DNA of 64,000 nucleotides from NCBI RefSeq assembly GCF_054482595.1, contig NZ_CM137008.1; one strand, 5' to 3'. Shown piece by piece: positions 62,442 to 64,000 of this stretch (position 1 is its first letter; each line of letters starts with the position of its first letter). The notes under the pieces were generated by a model. It saw only the letters and a program-made list of their open reading frames with translations, ran no database searches and was not told where the DNA came from. The position numbers and the translations under genes were made by a program.

Positions 62442-64000
62442 ACAACTGGTATTACATAATTTTCGGGTATTTAACGGTACTCACACGATTGATCTGGCTC
62501 CAAGAAAGCGACCACATGAAGTAAACCCTCGTCCGATTGTGCTGTTTGGCGGTTTAAATGGTGCAGGTAAAACGTCTATTCTGTCGGCTATCCGGCTGGC
62601 ATTGTATGGGCGGCTGGCATTTGGGCTCGCGACTCAGCAACAGGATTATATTGAGCATCTTAGTTCGTTGATTCACAAAGGTGCGTACTATATTGAGCAA
62701 CCGGAAGAGGCGGCTGTTGAACTGACCTTTACCTATAATAAGGGTGGGCAGGAATCAGAGTTTACTGTTACGCGAACTTGGAAAAAGGGCAAGAAAGATC
62801 GCCTTTCTTTACAAAAGGATGGCCAACCACTCAGTGAACTGGATTATGATCAGTGCCAGGGGTTTCTTAATGAATTAATTCCTCATGGTATTGCTGATTT
62901 GTTCTTTTTTGATGGCGAAAAAATTGCGGAACTGGCAGAAGATGAATCTGGCAATATTTTGCGCACCGCTGTACGCCGTTTATTGGGCCTGGATCTGATA
63001 TCCAAACTGCGTAATGACTTAATGATTTTCGTTAAGCGCCAACAATCCAGCCAGTTAGCGGAAACTCAGCAACAGCAGATTGAAGTGCTGGAAAAACAAA
63101 GTAGAGACTTAGCTTGTCAGACAGAAGCATTGCTGGAAAAAGCTGATTTTGCCAAATCTAGAATCGAGTTTCTGTCTAAAGACATTATTCGCTATGAAGG
63201 CTTGTTGAATGCGCAGGGCGGTGCATTTGCGCAGACAAAAGCGCAGGAGAAGCAGAAAGTTGAAACACTGCTAAAAGATAAGGAGCGCCTGGAAAAAGCA
63301 CTGCGTCAGGAATGTGATGGATCATTACCTTATGCACTAGCTCCCAATATTTTATCCGAGTTGCTGGAAAAAATTGCTGATGAAACGCAGATCAAACAAG
63401 CTCAAAGCTTTGAAAAAGAGTTAAGGCTATTTTTGGCCCAGCTCAGAAACGATATTGCATTACGCTCTCGTACTACCAGTAAAATTGCAGCCGAGGCGAT
63501 TACTGATAATCTGAACGAATATATGGCAACTAAGCCGAAGGGCGATTTGTTGTTTGATATTTCTGAACGTGAAGCCGGCATGCTCCAGCAATCAATAGAG
63601 CAGGACAGTAAAAAGGCATGGCAGCGCTTCGAGCTTTACCGTATTCAGTTAGCAGAAATTGAACAGCAACTAGAGCAAGCCGCTGCCAATATTGCCCGCG
63701 CTCCGGAAGATGAGCAGTTAATGGATCTTTTTGAAAAGCTGCGCGATCTTGATAAGCAGCGTGAAAATCAGCGGCAAAAATATCTTTCATTGCTGGAAGA
63801 CGCTAAACGGGTTAAGCAACAGCAACTGGATTGTGTCCGTCAGGTGCAAAAACTGCATGATGCGGCCCGCAGTCAGCATGGCTTTAGTAGCGCCTTCAAA
63901 AATGCGCAGGAAACAATTAATTTACTCGATCGGTATAGCGACGTATTAACTCAGGCGAGAGTAAAGACGCTATCTGCTAACTTTGAAGTTGCCTATCGCA
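62431..64000 (+). CDS. dndD: DndD (SMC/ABC-like ATPase), partial; continues beyond window end
   Basis: GTG 62431 overlapping the dndC stop; (M)LIKQLVLHNFRVFNGTHTIDL...IVLFGGLNGAGKTSILSAIRLALYG, coiled-coil region follows; no stop in window, hence absent from the ORF track. Confidence 0.85.
   Translation, partial: MLIKQLVLHNFRVFNGTHTIDLAPRKRPHEVNPRPIVLFGGLNGAGKTSILSAIRLALYGRLAFGLATQQQDYIEHLSSLIHKGAYYIEQPEEAAVELTFTYNKGGQESEFTVTRTWKKGKKDRLSLQKDGQPLSELDYDQCQGFLNELIPHGIADLFFFDGEKIAELAEDESGNILRTAVRRLLGLDLISKLRNDLMIFVKRQQSSQLAETQQQQIEVLEKQSRDLACQTEALLEKADFAKSRIEFLSKDIIRYEGLLNAQGGAFAQTKAQEKQKVETLLKDKERLEKALRQECDGSLPYALAPNILSELLEKIADETQIKQAQSFEKELRLFLAQLRNDIALRSRTTSKIAAEAITDNLNEYMATKPKGDLLFDISEREAGMLQQSIEQDSKKAWQRFELYRIQLAEIEQQLEQAAANIARAPEDEQLMDLFEKLRDLDKQRENQRQKYLSLLEDAKRVKQQQLDCVRQVQKLHDAARSQHGFSSAFKNAQETINLLDRYSDVLTQARVKTLSANFEVAYR

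Overview
This window reads as a mosaic accessory region of an Escherichia-type genome, built from horizontally acquired modules separated by IS debris rather than core chromosome. All calls below come from reading the sequence and the ORF track by eye; no database search was run, so family names rest on recognised motifs and recollection. Left to right: a partial SNF2-family helicase gene, a 23-bp tRNA-Leu-like 3'-end repeat that looks like an island att remnant, then a CP4-like prophage-remnant block (cbtA/cbeA toxin-antitoxin, RadC-like, antirestriction, DUF932, WYL regulator, GTPase). Next comes a variable segment with an AT-rich Cys-rich orphan protein, a repeat-bearing 1.3-kb leader, two YagK/YfjJ-family paralogs and an Mrr-like nuclease, followed by IS256/IS2/IS21 debris around an H-NS paralog, an AlpA-like regulator, a stranded ugpB and a phytase-like secreted protein. 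Two inverted IS1 copies bracket a 9.5-kb metabolic module (fumarate-lyase-family enzyme, RpiR regulator, DcuC-family transporter, second NAD-malic enzyme, porin, SGNH hydrolase). The right half holds two autotransporters, an ISL3-family element with passenger genes nested in an IS66 element with a perfect 8-bp target duplication, a periplasmic Cu,Zn-SOD, IS3, and a dndB-dndC-dndD phosphorothioation operon running off the window end. I could not identify one clearly undescribed system with confidence; the best candidates are the Mrr-like nuclease and the Cys-rich orphan in the island's variable segment, the edge SNF2 helicase, and the IS1-bounded catabolic module.
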